Below, piece after piece: positions 1 to 11,954 of a DNA stretch of 64,000 bases. A program made the position numbers and the translations under genes. This DNA comes from Amoebophrya sp. A120 (taxonomy: Eukaryota; Protista; Dinoflagellata). Each line of letters opens with the position of its first letter. Position 1 is the first letter of the stretch. The notes beneath the pieces are model-generated. The model worked only from the letters and a program-made list of their open reading frames with translations. It made no database searches and was not told where the DNA came from. The stretch lies in assembly GCA_905178155.1 (NCBI GenBank), contig CAJINV010000001.1:12383832-12447831 (forward strand), read 5' to 3'.

Positions 1-820
1 GGCCAGCACACAAAATGATGGTCCAGTGTGTGGTCTTTCTCCGTTGAATTCGTGATGTCCATGTCATATCGGTTTCAGTCGGTTGCACGGATGGCACCTT
101 TTCAAGTGGTCCTGCAAATGTATTTCTGCCCTATGTATCACTATTTCTGTATTTGTCCTCTCTTTGAAGGTTCGTGTTGACAACTCTGGTTCAACGTAGA
201 TCTTTACGGCTGTGAAGATGCTCTCTCCTGCAAGAATAGAATTGAATAATATGTACAGTCGCTGCGCCATTTTATTTTCTGTTCTATGGTAGCGATCATG
301 CTCATGCAAAATGCGTTAAAGGCGTAGATCACATCCTTTGATGAAGACTTCGAATTCGTTGACACAGAGAAACAGTATAGTAAGTACTTTTTCCGACGTA
401 GTTCTCCACCATATTCTAGCTACAACAGATCTTCTGCATGAATCGGATATCGATCGACGCTTCCTTCTCCTGCCACAAGCTAAAAGCAGGTTCTTCACAC
501 AACGACGTACTTAGAGATAGTTCGGAATGAAGAAAGTAGTGCGCTGTGAATCTCTCCTGTATTGGTCCTGTATTTCTGTCCCACACTCACCACCAACGGT
601 TGCGGCTCCGCACTGATCTTTCCCCGTAAACGAAGTTTCTAGCAAGCCTCAATTTCAGACAAGCTACTTTCAGTCATCGAATGAGCAAAGCGATTGTCAT
701 CATGTTCAAAAGCAGGTATAAACAATGCTGGTGAACACCAACACTCAGTATAGCCTTCGCGAGACCGAAACACGTTCCTGGCAAAGCCCTTTGCCTACAT
801 GGCGACACTGACGGCACCAG

Positions 821-3800
821 ATGCCGCCCTCTTCTTCCTCCTCCAAGCAGAAGAAGCCGAAAGTATGCTGGTACTGGAAACACGGAGAAAAGTGCCCCAA
901 TGGTAAGAAATGCAAGTTCTTGCACTCGGAAGCTGCAGTGCCAACAGCAGCGCCCGAAAACGCAGCGGCGGCTTCCTCCGAGGGCGTGCCGGAAGATGAT
1001 TACTGGACAGAAGATGCACCAGTCGTTCACGCGAATGGCGGGGGGCCGCATGCTGCAACTTCCTGCAACGAGCAGCGAGTAGATCATCAGCATCGGGGAA
1101 GTGAAAGTGGGAAAGGACCTGCAAACATGGACTCAAATCGCCTCGACCGCCTTGAAGCGCTCCTCATACAGTGCAATGACATGCACGCAGCGGGCCTGGC
1201 GCAGGTGAATCAACGGCTAGATTACCTACTCGCTCGGGTTGAAGCACAAGAGAGCCGGGTTGACACGCTAGAGAAGTTTGTCGTCAAAGGATTCGAGAGG
1301 GTCGGCCGTCGTCTCCGCGAACTTTCCAGTGCTAATACAACGAGCATTAAAACCCAAGATGGAGCACCGCACGCAAAGCTAGTAGAAGCGCCGCCCCCCT
1401 GCCCCGCAAAGAATGATCGTTCACCTGCTCATCTCGGTTGTAATGCCCCCTGTGTAGTGAAGCAGGAAACCCCGGAACCGCTGCGCGTGCCCACCAAGAG
1501 TTGTGATAAAACTACATCCACTCCTGAGGCAAGTACACAGCAGGTGACTGAGACGCGCGTGAAGAAAAAGATTTCGTCGTCTACTGCCAGTAAATTTTTG
1601 GCTTTCATCCGCGAGGCCGGAGTACAGCTACAACCTAGCGACGAAGCTGCAGCAACAACGACCTCTCAGACTTCCAGCCCGAACCGGGAAACAGAGGTCG
1701 CAGCAACACGCGCTTCGACAGAATGCAGCGATCCGGGTACGGGACCGGTAGCTGGCTTCACTGAAACTCATGTTGGAAATGATGGGCCTAGATTTACTGC
1801 AGCCAACGAACTGCACCACGCGCAACTTCATACAATACATGAAGACGAATATGATGTGCAGCTACAACAGGAACAGATTGAACAGGACGAGTGGCAACGA
1901 AAGGCAAACAATTCAGAAGCAGACAGAGTCGAAGCACCGTTCACCCCGCCGCAAGAAATTGCTGAGCCGCCTCCTTTTTTTTCCTCGTCTTCCGTACATG
2001 ATGATGCCGACAGTTTATACATCCCGCAGCTGCAACAAGTGCAGCCGAACCAAGAGGAACTCGATGCACTGTTCGACGAACTCCCCTCCTCTCCGGTTTT
2101 CGCTGCCTTCCAAAAAGGCAACCAGTTTGCAGAGTCCGAGTTTCCGTCACTTTCTGGTCTGACCTCGAAACAGCTCGCGCAGCTGGGTCCCGCGCCATCA
2201 TCGGCCTCGATTCCGCGAAAAAAGGGCGCCCCCGCCGGAAGCCTCGCTACTCCGAACACCGGCTACACGGCTGGCACCAAAGCGGCTGCCCGAAAAACCC
2301 ACTTTTCCGAGCACGCAGCGAAGCGACGAGAGGAGTGGGGCATTACCAGCACGGATGTGCATCACACGATTGCGCGGGGAAAAAAGTCGCAGGCCAAGGC
2401 GGGACGAACGCTGTATGAAACAGAGCGGGCGCAGGTCATCGTGGAGCCAAACACACAGAAGACAATCACGGTCATGCCGCCGAAGGGGGCGCAGTTGCTT
2501 GAAGGCGGCAACTCGCGTTCGATCATAAAGACCGCAGGTGGAAAACAGGTGTTTTCCAAAATCGCGCTCGATAATGGAATCCTCGCGGAGTTGGATGCGC
2601 CTTTATTGCTTCCTTCTGATCAGACCAAAACGGCGGGAACGGAGGGAATCACCCATGCCACAACAGCCACCTCGCCCTCAGCGCACGCAGCAACACCAGC
2701 GTCTAAGATTGACAAGCACGAGGAAGCTTGGCTTGCGCGGGCCATGGAGCGCTTCCAGCCGCCGGAGCTCTCGGACCGCTATCAAATCCAGTTTACCTGG
2801 ACGGATCGTAGTGCGGAGTTCCGTCTCGAACTACAGGAGCAGAGATTCGTTTCATCCCCTGAGGAGGTGAACTGCAAGAGCAGAGACCTCGTTGACGTTT
2901 TCGAGTTGCAGCTCTCCGTTGAAGCAAAAAGCACTGCCGCAGGAGGGACGGATGCTTTTTCTGGGGGCACGACACGAACAAACGAAGCGCACCAGTCATC
3001 CTCTTCATCAAGCAAATCCTGGTCGCCGCGACATACGCTCTGGTTCCGCACACTGTGGACGTCCAACCTGGTTCAGAGCCTGAAGCAGCTGCCCGAGCGC
3101 GAGGCAAACAAGCGTCTCTCGGTGGAAAGCGTTTGCAGTGCGGTGTGGACGTTGATTCGCGGCGGGTTGTCTGCCGGACTCGAAACTTCGCGTTGGACCA
3201 TGGAGGAGCGCCGCGCCTTGAACGACGCTGATCATTCGAATGGCCGGAGACTGGCCGAGCTGGCCACCGAAACCGCCGATCTTTCGTCGAGTGGTGCCTC
3301 TACTCATGGCAGTCTGGTCTTCACTGTGTTGAAGTTGCCGTCCATTTGGGACGACGACGGCCCGAAAGTGCAACAGCTGTTCCTCTGGGACGTGGGCAAG
3401 GAGGACGCCGTCAGTGACCTCAAGTCGTTCCTTGCAACAACCATTCCCGCGTTGGACCTCCGCGATGGCCTCACGCGCGACACCCGTGGTTGCGAAGCGG
3501 CCGCTGAGCAGGGCGAAGGACCGGCGCGACCGCTGATGTTCTACGAATACGCACATGGCCTGGAGTGGATGGAGGCGCCCGTTGATGTGCATCGATTCAA
3601 GCCGGAGCCGCTGCGAACTACCGGCGATGGTTCCACCTCTGAGAGTGCGAGCGAGAATGAGCTTTACGAAGACACCATGGACCTGTCATGCGAGCAACTC
3701 GACATTGTGTCAAACAAAAACCCAACCTTCATCCAGGGCCGCGGCGGCACGGGGAAAACCACGACACTAGTCATGAAGGCCGTCGCGCACGAAATTTCCT

Positions 3801-6800
3801 ACTACGCCTCGGACAGCGGATGCGGTGCGCCGCCCTTGACGCTGATTGTCACGCAGTCGCCAACACTTTCTCGGGACATCCGCAACAAAGAGTATCCGAA
3901 GATGCGCGAACGGGTTTTGCGCGCGCTAAAAAAACGCGACAAGGAAACTCCAATAGCGGAGAAGGTGGAGCACAGCATCAGTGTGGCAGCCGGCGCGCTC
4001 CCGCAATGCCTCGATGATGTTGAGGGTGTTGGCACTTTTCCGGTTTCATTTGTGGAATTTTTACGCGTGTTCGATCGATCTATTGGTGATGGAGACTACT
4101 TTTTTGAGGACCAGGTAGACGTCCAGACAGGAACAGGACGAGAAAAGGAGGAAAGCTCGTCTACTACTGGCGGGTCGATACTCTACCTCATGGATCGGCT
4201 GCAGATCGGGAAGAGCCCAGCGGGGACCGCAGGGATAAAGCGCATACAGCAGATAGCGCCCAATCATTCCGGCGAGACCAAAAAGCGGCATCACTTAGGC
4301 CGAGAGGTCACATACCATAGATTCAAAACCCTCTATTGGGAGCGATTTCTCAATATCGAAAGGAAAAATCCCCCCTCCCCATATCGAAACGGCATGACTC
4401 CGAAAATTTGTGTTGCTGATTTGAGGCCACAAATCACGTCTGTCTTGCAAGAAGACACGCGCAGAGGCTTCCGCGCCATTATGGAAGCGATTTGGCATGC
4501 TGTAGGACCTAGGGGACAGCCGTTACCGTTTGTAATGCGAAACAACTAGACCGAAACGCCCCCACCTAGGCTGAGGATCTGGCTACGATGCTTTACTGCG
4601 TGACAGCGCGCATTTGTGTACGGAAATCCAGCATCAGAAACTTCGTCTCGATATGGGGAGGGGGGATTTTTCCTTACGATACTCAAACCAGCTGCTGCCG
4701 GCGGCTTTTCGGACGATTATGCAGTGTACCGAGAAATCTTGGCTATCAAAGCAGGGCGACGGCGGCACGAGGTAGAAACAACTTCGGCAACTGCAGCTCA
4801 TGTTACACCCGTTTCAAAAAGACCAGGACTAGCACTCTCTCTTGTTTCTGTTTGCCTTTATTTTAGCTTCTAAGTACCACTTTCCTTTCCCTCTGATTGA
4901 TTGTTCGATGTTTTGTTTCCAAATTCCACAACACAGGACCACACGAGAGCCGACGTGCTTGAGCCGCAGAGTTTCGAGCCTCTTAGCGAAAAAGAGTATG
5001 TGGAGGGCAATCAGCTGCTAGAGTCCTCCAAAACCCTCTCTAAACACGACCGTGCGACTATTTACAAGCTGTACAGGATTTACCAGACCCAGTTGCAAAC
5101 ACCCCGAACCCGCGTGGACGAACACAGCAACTCCCCCGAGCAGCTCGACAAAGAAAAGGATACCGAGTGGGACATTGCCGACTGCGTGAACGATATCTAT
5201 TGGCGGTGGAAGAGAAAGAAGCGCGCTAGTGGCGGCGTCGGCTTCCACGGGCGCCAGGTCACCGCGATGTGCGTCGACGAGGCCCAGGATCTGCTCAGTC
5301 GGCAAATCCGGCTTTTTACCTGTTTAGCAACCTCACTGGGCGCTTTTTCTATTGCCGCCGACACCGCCCAGGCGATCGAGCACGGCCGCAGCTTCTCCTT
5401 TGCCGCACTGAAAGACGAAATTCTGGGGTACTGCGCCACAGGGGGAAGTCCAAGTGACCAGCTGCAACAGCTCGACCTCCACCAGAAGAACATCCACGAT
5501 TTGAGCGAAAATTTTCGCTCGCATCAGGGACTTCTGAACTTCATGGCAGCGCTCGTGCGCCCAGTGGTCGAACTCTTCCTATCAAATGCAAATATGTCTG
5601 GGTCTGGAAGAGTGGGAGGTTTGTCATGCATCTCGTGGATCACAACGATGCTCTGGAATGCAACCAGAAGCATCACAAATTTTGCAAGAGCATCCTAATG
5701 CCAATTAGGGATGAGAAGCCTGCCTTTTGTTTGGCGAGAAATGGGTAACTTTCGCGGTTCATGCAACACAGATTTTTTCACGATTGAGATTTAGCATGCC
5801 AAGTTTGGACTCTTCCAGACCCAGACATATTTGCTATGCATACTTCCCTGACACCGATGATTTGCCGCGTGAGTGGTCCAAGAAAACAGGAACAGCCCCG
5901 ACGATGGTGGTGGGTGCGCCGCCGGATCAGTTGCTGGATATTTTGGCTCCGAGGACCAATTTGCCGCTTCGCCTCACGACGGACCACATGGTCATCGTGC
6001 CGAATGAAGCGCAGCGGCTGCTCGCTGCACAGTACTTCGAAGGCGAAATTTACACCGTCCGCGAGTGCAAGGGGCTCGGCCGCAAGGACGTGCTTTTGTG
6101 GAACTGTGTGCGGCACGACGCATCGCAGCCCGACGATGCAAAAGCGTACGACCGTCTCTGGCCCGACGTTCTGGACTTTGTCCGCCGGAGGTTGCAGGAC
6201 TTTGCGGCCCAAGGCGACGGACGGGAAGTGGCTTTTGACAGCACGCGCAGCAAGAATCCCCTTGGACTCGACGCGGACCGGTCGCTGTTCGCCATTAAGC
6301 TGAAAGGGTTGTACACGGGGGCAGCGCGCCCCAAGCAATCCTTGCTGATCTACGAGTCGGAGGCGAGTGTCGGCTCCGAAACGCTCCGGGAATACTTTTT
6401 GAAGCTCTTTCCCGAGTACGACAAACAGCGGCGGCGCTTCGAGCAGACGGCTCACCCGAACCAAGAGTCCGATCGGGGGAAGCCCATTCTGTACTACTAC
6501 GACGAAGCCCGTGCATCGTTGCTGCGGCAGCACTACGCCGGGTTTTCCTTTGACCACAGCTGGACCCGGGAGATCGACGCGATGCAGCGCCAGATCTACG
6601 ATTTGGAGTGTCAGGGTAAGTACCTGGAAGCGCTCCTACTCACCCGCGAGAGAAGCTCACAGGGGTTTGACGGCTTTATTGACAGTAGCACCAACACGCA
6701 CCGCGGGCGCCCTCCGAGCGGAATGTATGCGGTCGCAGGTACGGCCGCGCAAGACGTTGCGCAAAGGTGCGCGTGGAGCGCCAAATTTCGCGACACCGAG

Positions 6801-9800
6801 CAGCTCCTGTCGAAGCAGGTGCGCGAGTTCAGTTTCTTCGACGATAAGCGCGTATTGTGTCTTCAGGCAGGCGCGGATGCACAGAAGGCGATAGAGTTGC
6901 TAAAGCCGCTGGGAGTCGGTGTGAAGGACCTGAATGAGGAAGACAAACTGCTTCCGCTACACAAGGCAGCCGTGGCAGACTACCGGCAGGCACTGAACTT
7001 TGTCGCCAAGACCGATCCGTGGAAAGCGACCGAGATCAACGAAAAGATCCTCGGCGCCGCCCTTGCCGGATCCGACTTCCTCAGTGCGTGCTTTGGGCAG
7101 CACCTCAACGCCGCCAGATTTGCCCTGCAGGAGCTGCGCAGATTCTCGTTTTCGAAAGAGCAGATGCCGAAACTTGAGGGAGCCGTGCTGCCACTAGTTG
7201 CGAGCGCGCAGAGGTACTTAACCACTTCTACACATCTTTCATGAGAATAAGTAGAGCTGTTTTTATGTCTTTTTTAAATTTAAAACGTGATGAAGAACGA
7301 CTGCTTTGAAAATGCACAATAACACTCTACTAAAAGCATCAATCTTTCCTACCCAGGCACTTCCAGCTTGCAGCGGAGCCTCTCGAATCGGACGAAGCGG
7401 AGCAATGCCTGTGGAGCGCCTGTTCCGAGCGAGAGTTTACGGAGCTTCGGCCCGCGGAAACAAAACAGATTCTGCAGCAGAACCTCGCGACGCTCCGGCG
7501 AAAAGTTAACCCCAAAAACGCGCCAACCGTGCAGATCGCGGGCCTGTGCATTCAGTTTCGACTGTGGGAGGACGCGTTCGTGACCATCGAGCGGGCCGCA
7601 GAGCAACGGGGAAAGAAATCGAAGCGAAAGAAGCCGAAAGATCCGGAGGCCGAGGAGCACCGAAAGCGGGCGATAGAAAGTTTGATCCGACAGTGCAAAG
7701 ACAGCCACTCTGCTTTCTACTGGGAGATGTTTTTGGAAGATGAACCGCAGCGAGCCGCACGCCGCCTGCAACAGTTGCCCATCGGCAGCGCGGAGACGCC
7801 GAAAGAGCACCTTGTGGAGGGACTTCGAAAATTGACCGGCCTCGGCAGCGGGAACGACGAAAGCACGCGCATCGCTACTGCGGAACGCAGTGCGCGCTAC
7901 TTTTTCGTGGCGGCCCGAACCGCAAACTGCAGTGCTGCCGATCGGCAACCTGCGTTGCGCGTCGCGTGCGGGTTGCTGAATCACGCGTGGAAACTGAGAC
8001 TCACCGAGAAGAGGAAAGACAGCGCGAGCACAGAGCCGATTACGCAAACGCTCGGTTGGTACAAAAGCGGCTTGCTCTACCTCGCCGCGCTCGCCAGTTT
8101 GTACTGCACAGACATGCAGCAGAAGCTCGGATCCCCGGCCGACGAGAGCGCGTTTGAAAAGGCCTTGGCGGCGTACAAGGAGGAGTGTGCCAAGTTGCAG
8201 GCGATGAAATGCAACGACGCGGGGCAGAAGCTCCAAGAGGAAGAGAAGCAAAAACTAAAAGATCTGAAGTTCGAACACAACGCGGAAATGATACGCTTTG
8301 GGTTTCGAGAGAACGACTTGATGAAAGAGATGGAAAAACAAGCGGATACGCAGATGCTGCGCAGATTCCAGATCACAAAGTTCAAGCCGCTGCTGTATCG
8401 GTTTGTCGCCAAAATGGTTGTAGAAAGTGAGAAAACTGACGGCTGCTACTTCCTATGTCCTTGTTGCCAGACCAAGGAAATTGGAAGATTCATCACGTAC
8501 GAGGAATGCCACGCGAAATGGTATCTCGAGCGTGCAAGGAAGAAACAACACGAAGTGTTTCATGATTGCGTCGAGGAGGCAGACTTTGAAAACGGGGAGT
8601 GGTGCACAGAATTGGAACGACTTGAGAAACCGCTGTTAGCGCTTGCGCTGTCCTCCATGGAGAGTGAGCTACTAAAGGCCGCGGGACTAGTGAAGGAAAA
8701 GAACGCCGAGCTGGAAGACCTCGACGAAAAAGCTAAACACTTAGACGAAATATTTCTGGCCAACGTGAAATTCCCGCTGCTGGATCCGAGTACTCCGCAA
8801 CTCGGAATAGACGTCGCCCGGGCGAAAGAGTGCTTGAAAAAGCGCATGGCCAGCGTGCAGAAAAAGGTAAACAAGACCGATGGCCAATTACGCAACAAAA
8901 CCAAGATGATCACACCGCAGAGCCTAATTGATGGTCCAACGCCCCTCGTTTACGAGTGTCTCCATCTGCGATTTACCGAAGAAAAACACCAAGATGACTA
9001 CGACGTACTGGAATTCTTTCAAGAGCTGTGGCAGGACCACGACGAACCTCTGGAATTGGTGATCAAGGCAGAACGAAAGAAGCACGTCAACAGCCTCAAT
9101 CTTGCGCGTGACCAGCTGCTGCAAAAAGTTGCTCACCGGAAAGCGGACGCGCTCCAAGAATGGGAAAATGACGTCGGAGTGGACTTCTGGAGTGTGTCGT
9201 ACCATGAGGATCAACCCTACTGGGCGTTGGTGACTTTGTGTAACCGACGTCTGCGGCATGTGTGGAAGCCTTTGGTTCCTGGAAGTAAAATCGGGAATAA
9301 AACGTCGAATAGCGGCAAACAAAGGCAGTACAGAAAGCCACCAGGAGCAGCCGCTGCGTCCACCTCTACAACTGCAGATAATCTTGCGGCGGCCGCGGCG
9401 GAAGTCGCACAACAGGAACAGCTGCTCTTTCCCATGATCGATGCGTTTCTCCGATCATTTTCTCAGCTGCAGCAACCAAAAGCTAAACATAAAGCGAAAT
9501 CGGAACAGCGACCCATTGAGAGGCCCGGTGATGTTGACCCGCGCTCGACGCCCCAGACGGCGAGACTCATCGCCCACATTGGCGCGCCGGACGATTTCGA
9601 GCTCGTCTTAACGGACCCGAGCGAAGCCGTTTGGCTCCACCACGAGATTATCATGGCGGAGGCCGAACACGCAAGGATCGCGGAGAAATTCACCGACGGC
9701 CGAAAGCAACTGCAGGACGACAAACAGCGACTGCAGCTGAAACAAGAGCTTGTGATCTCGATGCAAGAGACCAAAATCCGAGAAGCGAAAAAACAGATCG

Positions 9801-10663
9801 ACGCAGACAAGGCGGAGTTTCAGGAACGGAGAAAAAAGCAGAAAGAGGAAATCGAAAACCGGGAAAACGATGTGAAGAGCCAGCCGGGGGTGCTGGAGGT
9901 GTGGTTTCGCAGGCTGCTGATCGAGGACGGAAAGATACCGGAGAACCGCAGCTGGGTCCGGCAGTTCAAGGAATCCAGCTACATGAGCTTCCTCCACCGC
10001 ATGATGTTGAAATCAGGGTCCGTCGGGAAAAAGGTGGCGGAGGTGACTTTGGGGAAACGGGGCCAGGAAAAATCCGTCGCGGTCAGCGACGTCAAGGAGT
10101 TCTTCACGAAACACGCCCAGGAGCTCTGCACAAAGATCTGCGACCACACGAGCCCAGGACGGAACGGAGTTCTCACTGTGCCCGATCTCGATAAGCCACC
10201 AACCTTCCACGAGCAAGACGAGCGCGCGGCGCGCGACATCCTCGAACAACTGGAAAGCGCAATGCCAAGGCTAATCGCGATCGACGAAGAAATAAAGGGA
10301 AAAAGTACTGCGAAAAGCGGTGGGGCTTCGGAACAACAACGATGTTCCGAACCCACCAACGACCCGGGACTGAATCCCCCCTCGTCCGCGACGAGCAAAC
10401 GAAAAACCGGGAAGAATGCCCCGAACCCGGAAAACCAAAAACCCCAAGAACGCAGACAAACTCGAAAAGAACGGCAGGAAGAGGCCCGCGCGGCGGTACG
10501 AGAGGCTGCTATTGCGTCAGCGTCCGCGTCGTTAGCAGCCTCAAGCGCGACGGAAGAAGAGGCAGAGATGCTGGAACAATCTGCCTCCGATGACGAGGAA
10601 CAGATTGAGGATCTTGTAGAAGACCCATGGAGAGTTTTTGAACGACATGACGCGATTTCATAA
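821..10663 (+). CDS. ~2977-aa protein: N-terminal CCCH zinc finger, DUF4258-like domain, TRANK1/LBA1-like UvrD (SF1) helicase, helical/coiled-coil C-terminus. Exons ~821-4353, 4687-4771, 4937-5579, 5848-7213, 7357-10663
   Basis: Motifs CWYWKHGEKCPNGKKCKFLH, Walker A IQGRGGTGKTT, Walker B CVDEAQDL, AADTAQAI, LSENFRSHQGLL, IYTVRECKGL, LYTGAARPK. Five ORF pieces join in frame (8934 nt) after removing two TIR introners and two GT-AG introns (4772-4936, 7214-7356). Junctions give YWERFLKPAAA...VYREILAIKAG and VELFPDTDDLPRE. Confidence 0.85.
4354..4681. mobile_element. Introner B1 (328 bp; C-rich TIR family), non-canonical intron in the helicase gene
   Basis: TIR TATCGAAAGGAAAAATCCCCCCTCCCCATATCGA / TCGATATGGGGAGGGGGGATTTTTCCTTACGATA; direct repeat CTCAA at 4349-4353 and 4682-4686; removal restores FLKPAAA. 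Confidence 0.93.
5580..5842. mobile_element. Introner A1 (263 bp; GTCTGGGTCTGG TIR family)
   Basis: TIR core GCAAATATGTCTGGGTCTGGAAGAGT at 5588-5613 and its complement at 5809-5834; direct repeat CTTCC at 5575-5579 and 5843-5847; removal restores ELFPDTDDLPRE. Confidence 0.93.
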
Positions 10664-10689
10664 ACATCAAACAAGTTTTTTCAGCAAAT

Positions 10690-11880
10690 CTTTCCACCAA
10701 ATGAAGTATTCCACCGAATGAAATATTCCACCGAGAACAATTCCACCACAATATAATCGATGATAAAAAGAATGGACCTATTTGTTCAATCCATCGAAAT
10801 TCGATTGGTTGAAGACTATGGGTTTTCGACTCTCTCTGATCTGGACACAAATTGATTTACCACATTCCAAGAATCTGATTTTGGATTCTAATCTTTCTAT
10901 TGATTCTGGGAAACTAAAAAAGGTATGATATTAAATTCTCCAATCATCCTGATGATTGATTTCAATTGGATGATGTTATCGATTGGATCTCTTTTATTTT
11001 TCCTCGATCTGAAAATTCGAAAGAACAGGGAAAAAAGAAATTTTCTATAATCTGTATCGATATATAAATACCTCTGATTTATTTCTTCAAAATTATTGTG
11101 TTTTTTTTTGCTGTAATTTTTTTTCTGATATGATTGGGATTTAGGATTTTCTGAGAAGAATATTGGATTTTTTATTGATTTTTTTTCCTTCGAAAATTTA
11201 TTTTGGTCTTTCCGAGATGAGATTTTCAATCTCTTTGGATCGATGAAAAGAATTTTCCGAAAGAAATATGATGATATATCTCATAGATTTCAAATCTTGA
11301 TCCTCAGAAATTATCCTCGAAATTGGATAGATACCATATGAAAGAATATGAATGATTTTTTTATTTTTTTATTTTGAATATTTATAAATATTTGATTCAG
11401 AAAAATGGAATCTGAGATATTATCGGATGAAATTGAAATCGACATGACATTATCGACATGAATAATCTCATTAGATGAATCATTCACCCAAAATTTTTTT
11501 GAATAAGAATATTTTTGATTTCTAGAAAATCATATCCACAACCAAATTCATCGAGAACCTCATCCAAAATTTTCAAAATTTTTCTCATGAAACATTCTGG
11601 AAAATAAATTGATCATGGAAGAACGAAGAATGAAACCAATGGCTATCACTATTACAGATGGATATTCAATCCTTCCAGATGAGATCGAGATTATAGATGT
11701 CAAATTCTTTCGATTTATAAAAATCGAAATCAGAAAATCATCTTCCAATTCCAAATGATGAGAAAATCAATCGTTCGGCCAACCGAATGAGGTTCTATCT
11801 ATGAAATATTCATCAAATTTTTTTCGGATTTTCATTCATCTAAAATTTGATGATATCGTTGGAATGGGATTGAGAATTAG
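10690..11880. other. AT-rich, GpC/ApC/GpT-depleted island at the convergent strand switch
   Basis: Abrupt composition change between two convergent stop codons. Hand count in 11161-11440: 0 GpC, 1 ApC, 1 GpT, 6 CpG. Confidence 0.8.
10692..10756. repeat. Short tandem repeat, four TTCCACC-headed units of 15-17 nt
   Basis: TTCCACC at 10692, 10709, 10726 and 10741; the first two units are nearly identical (TTCCACCRAATGAARTA). Confidence 0.7.
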
Positions 11881-11954
11881 TTTTCGCTCTATGGTGTAGG
11901 TAGAAGGCAGGTAGGTTTACTCAATGATGGAGTTCCTATTGTTCATGTCGGTTG

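Noticed and set aside
64-498. Short minus-strand ORFs at the window start
   Set aside because: No recognisable motif or supported exon structure
10690-11880. Mitochondrial insertion (cox1/cox3/cob) or a gene using an alternative genetic code
   Set aside because: No recognisable cytochrome motif or long frame in the frames I translated; cannot be fully excluded without a search
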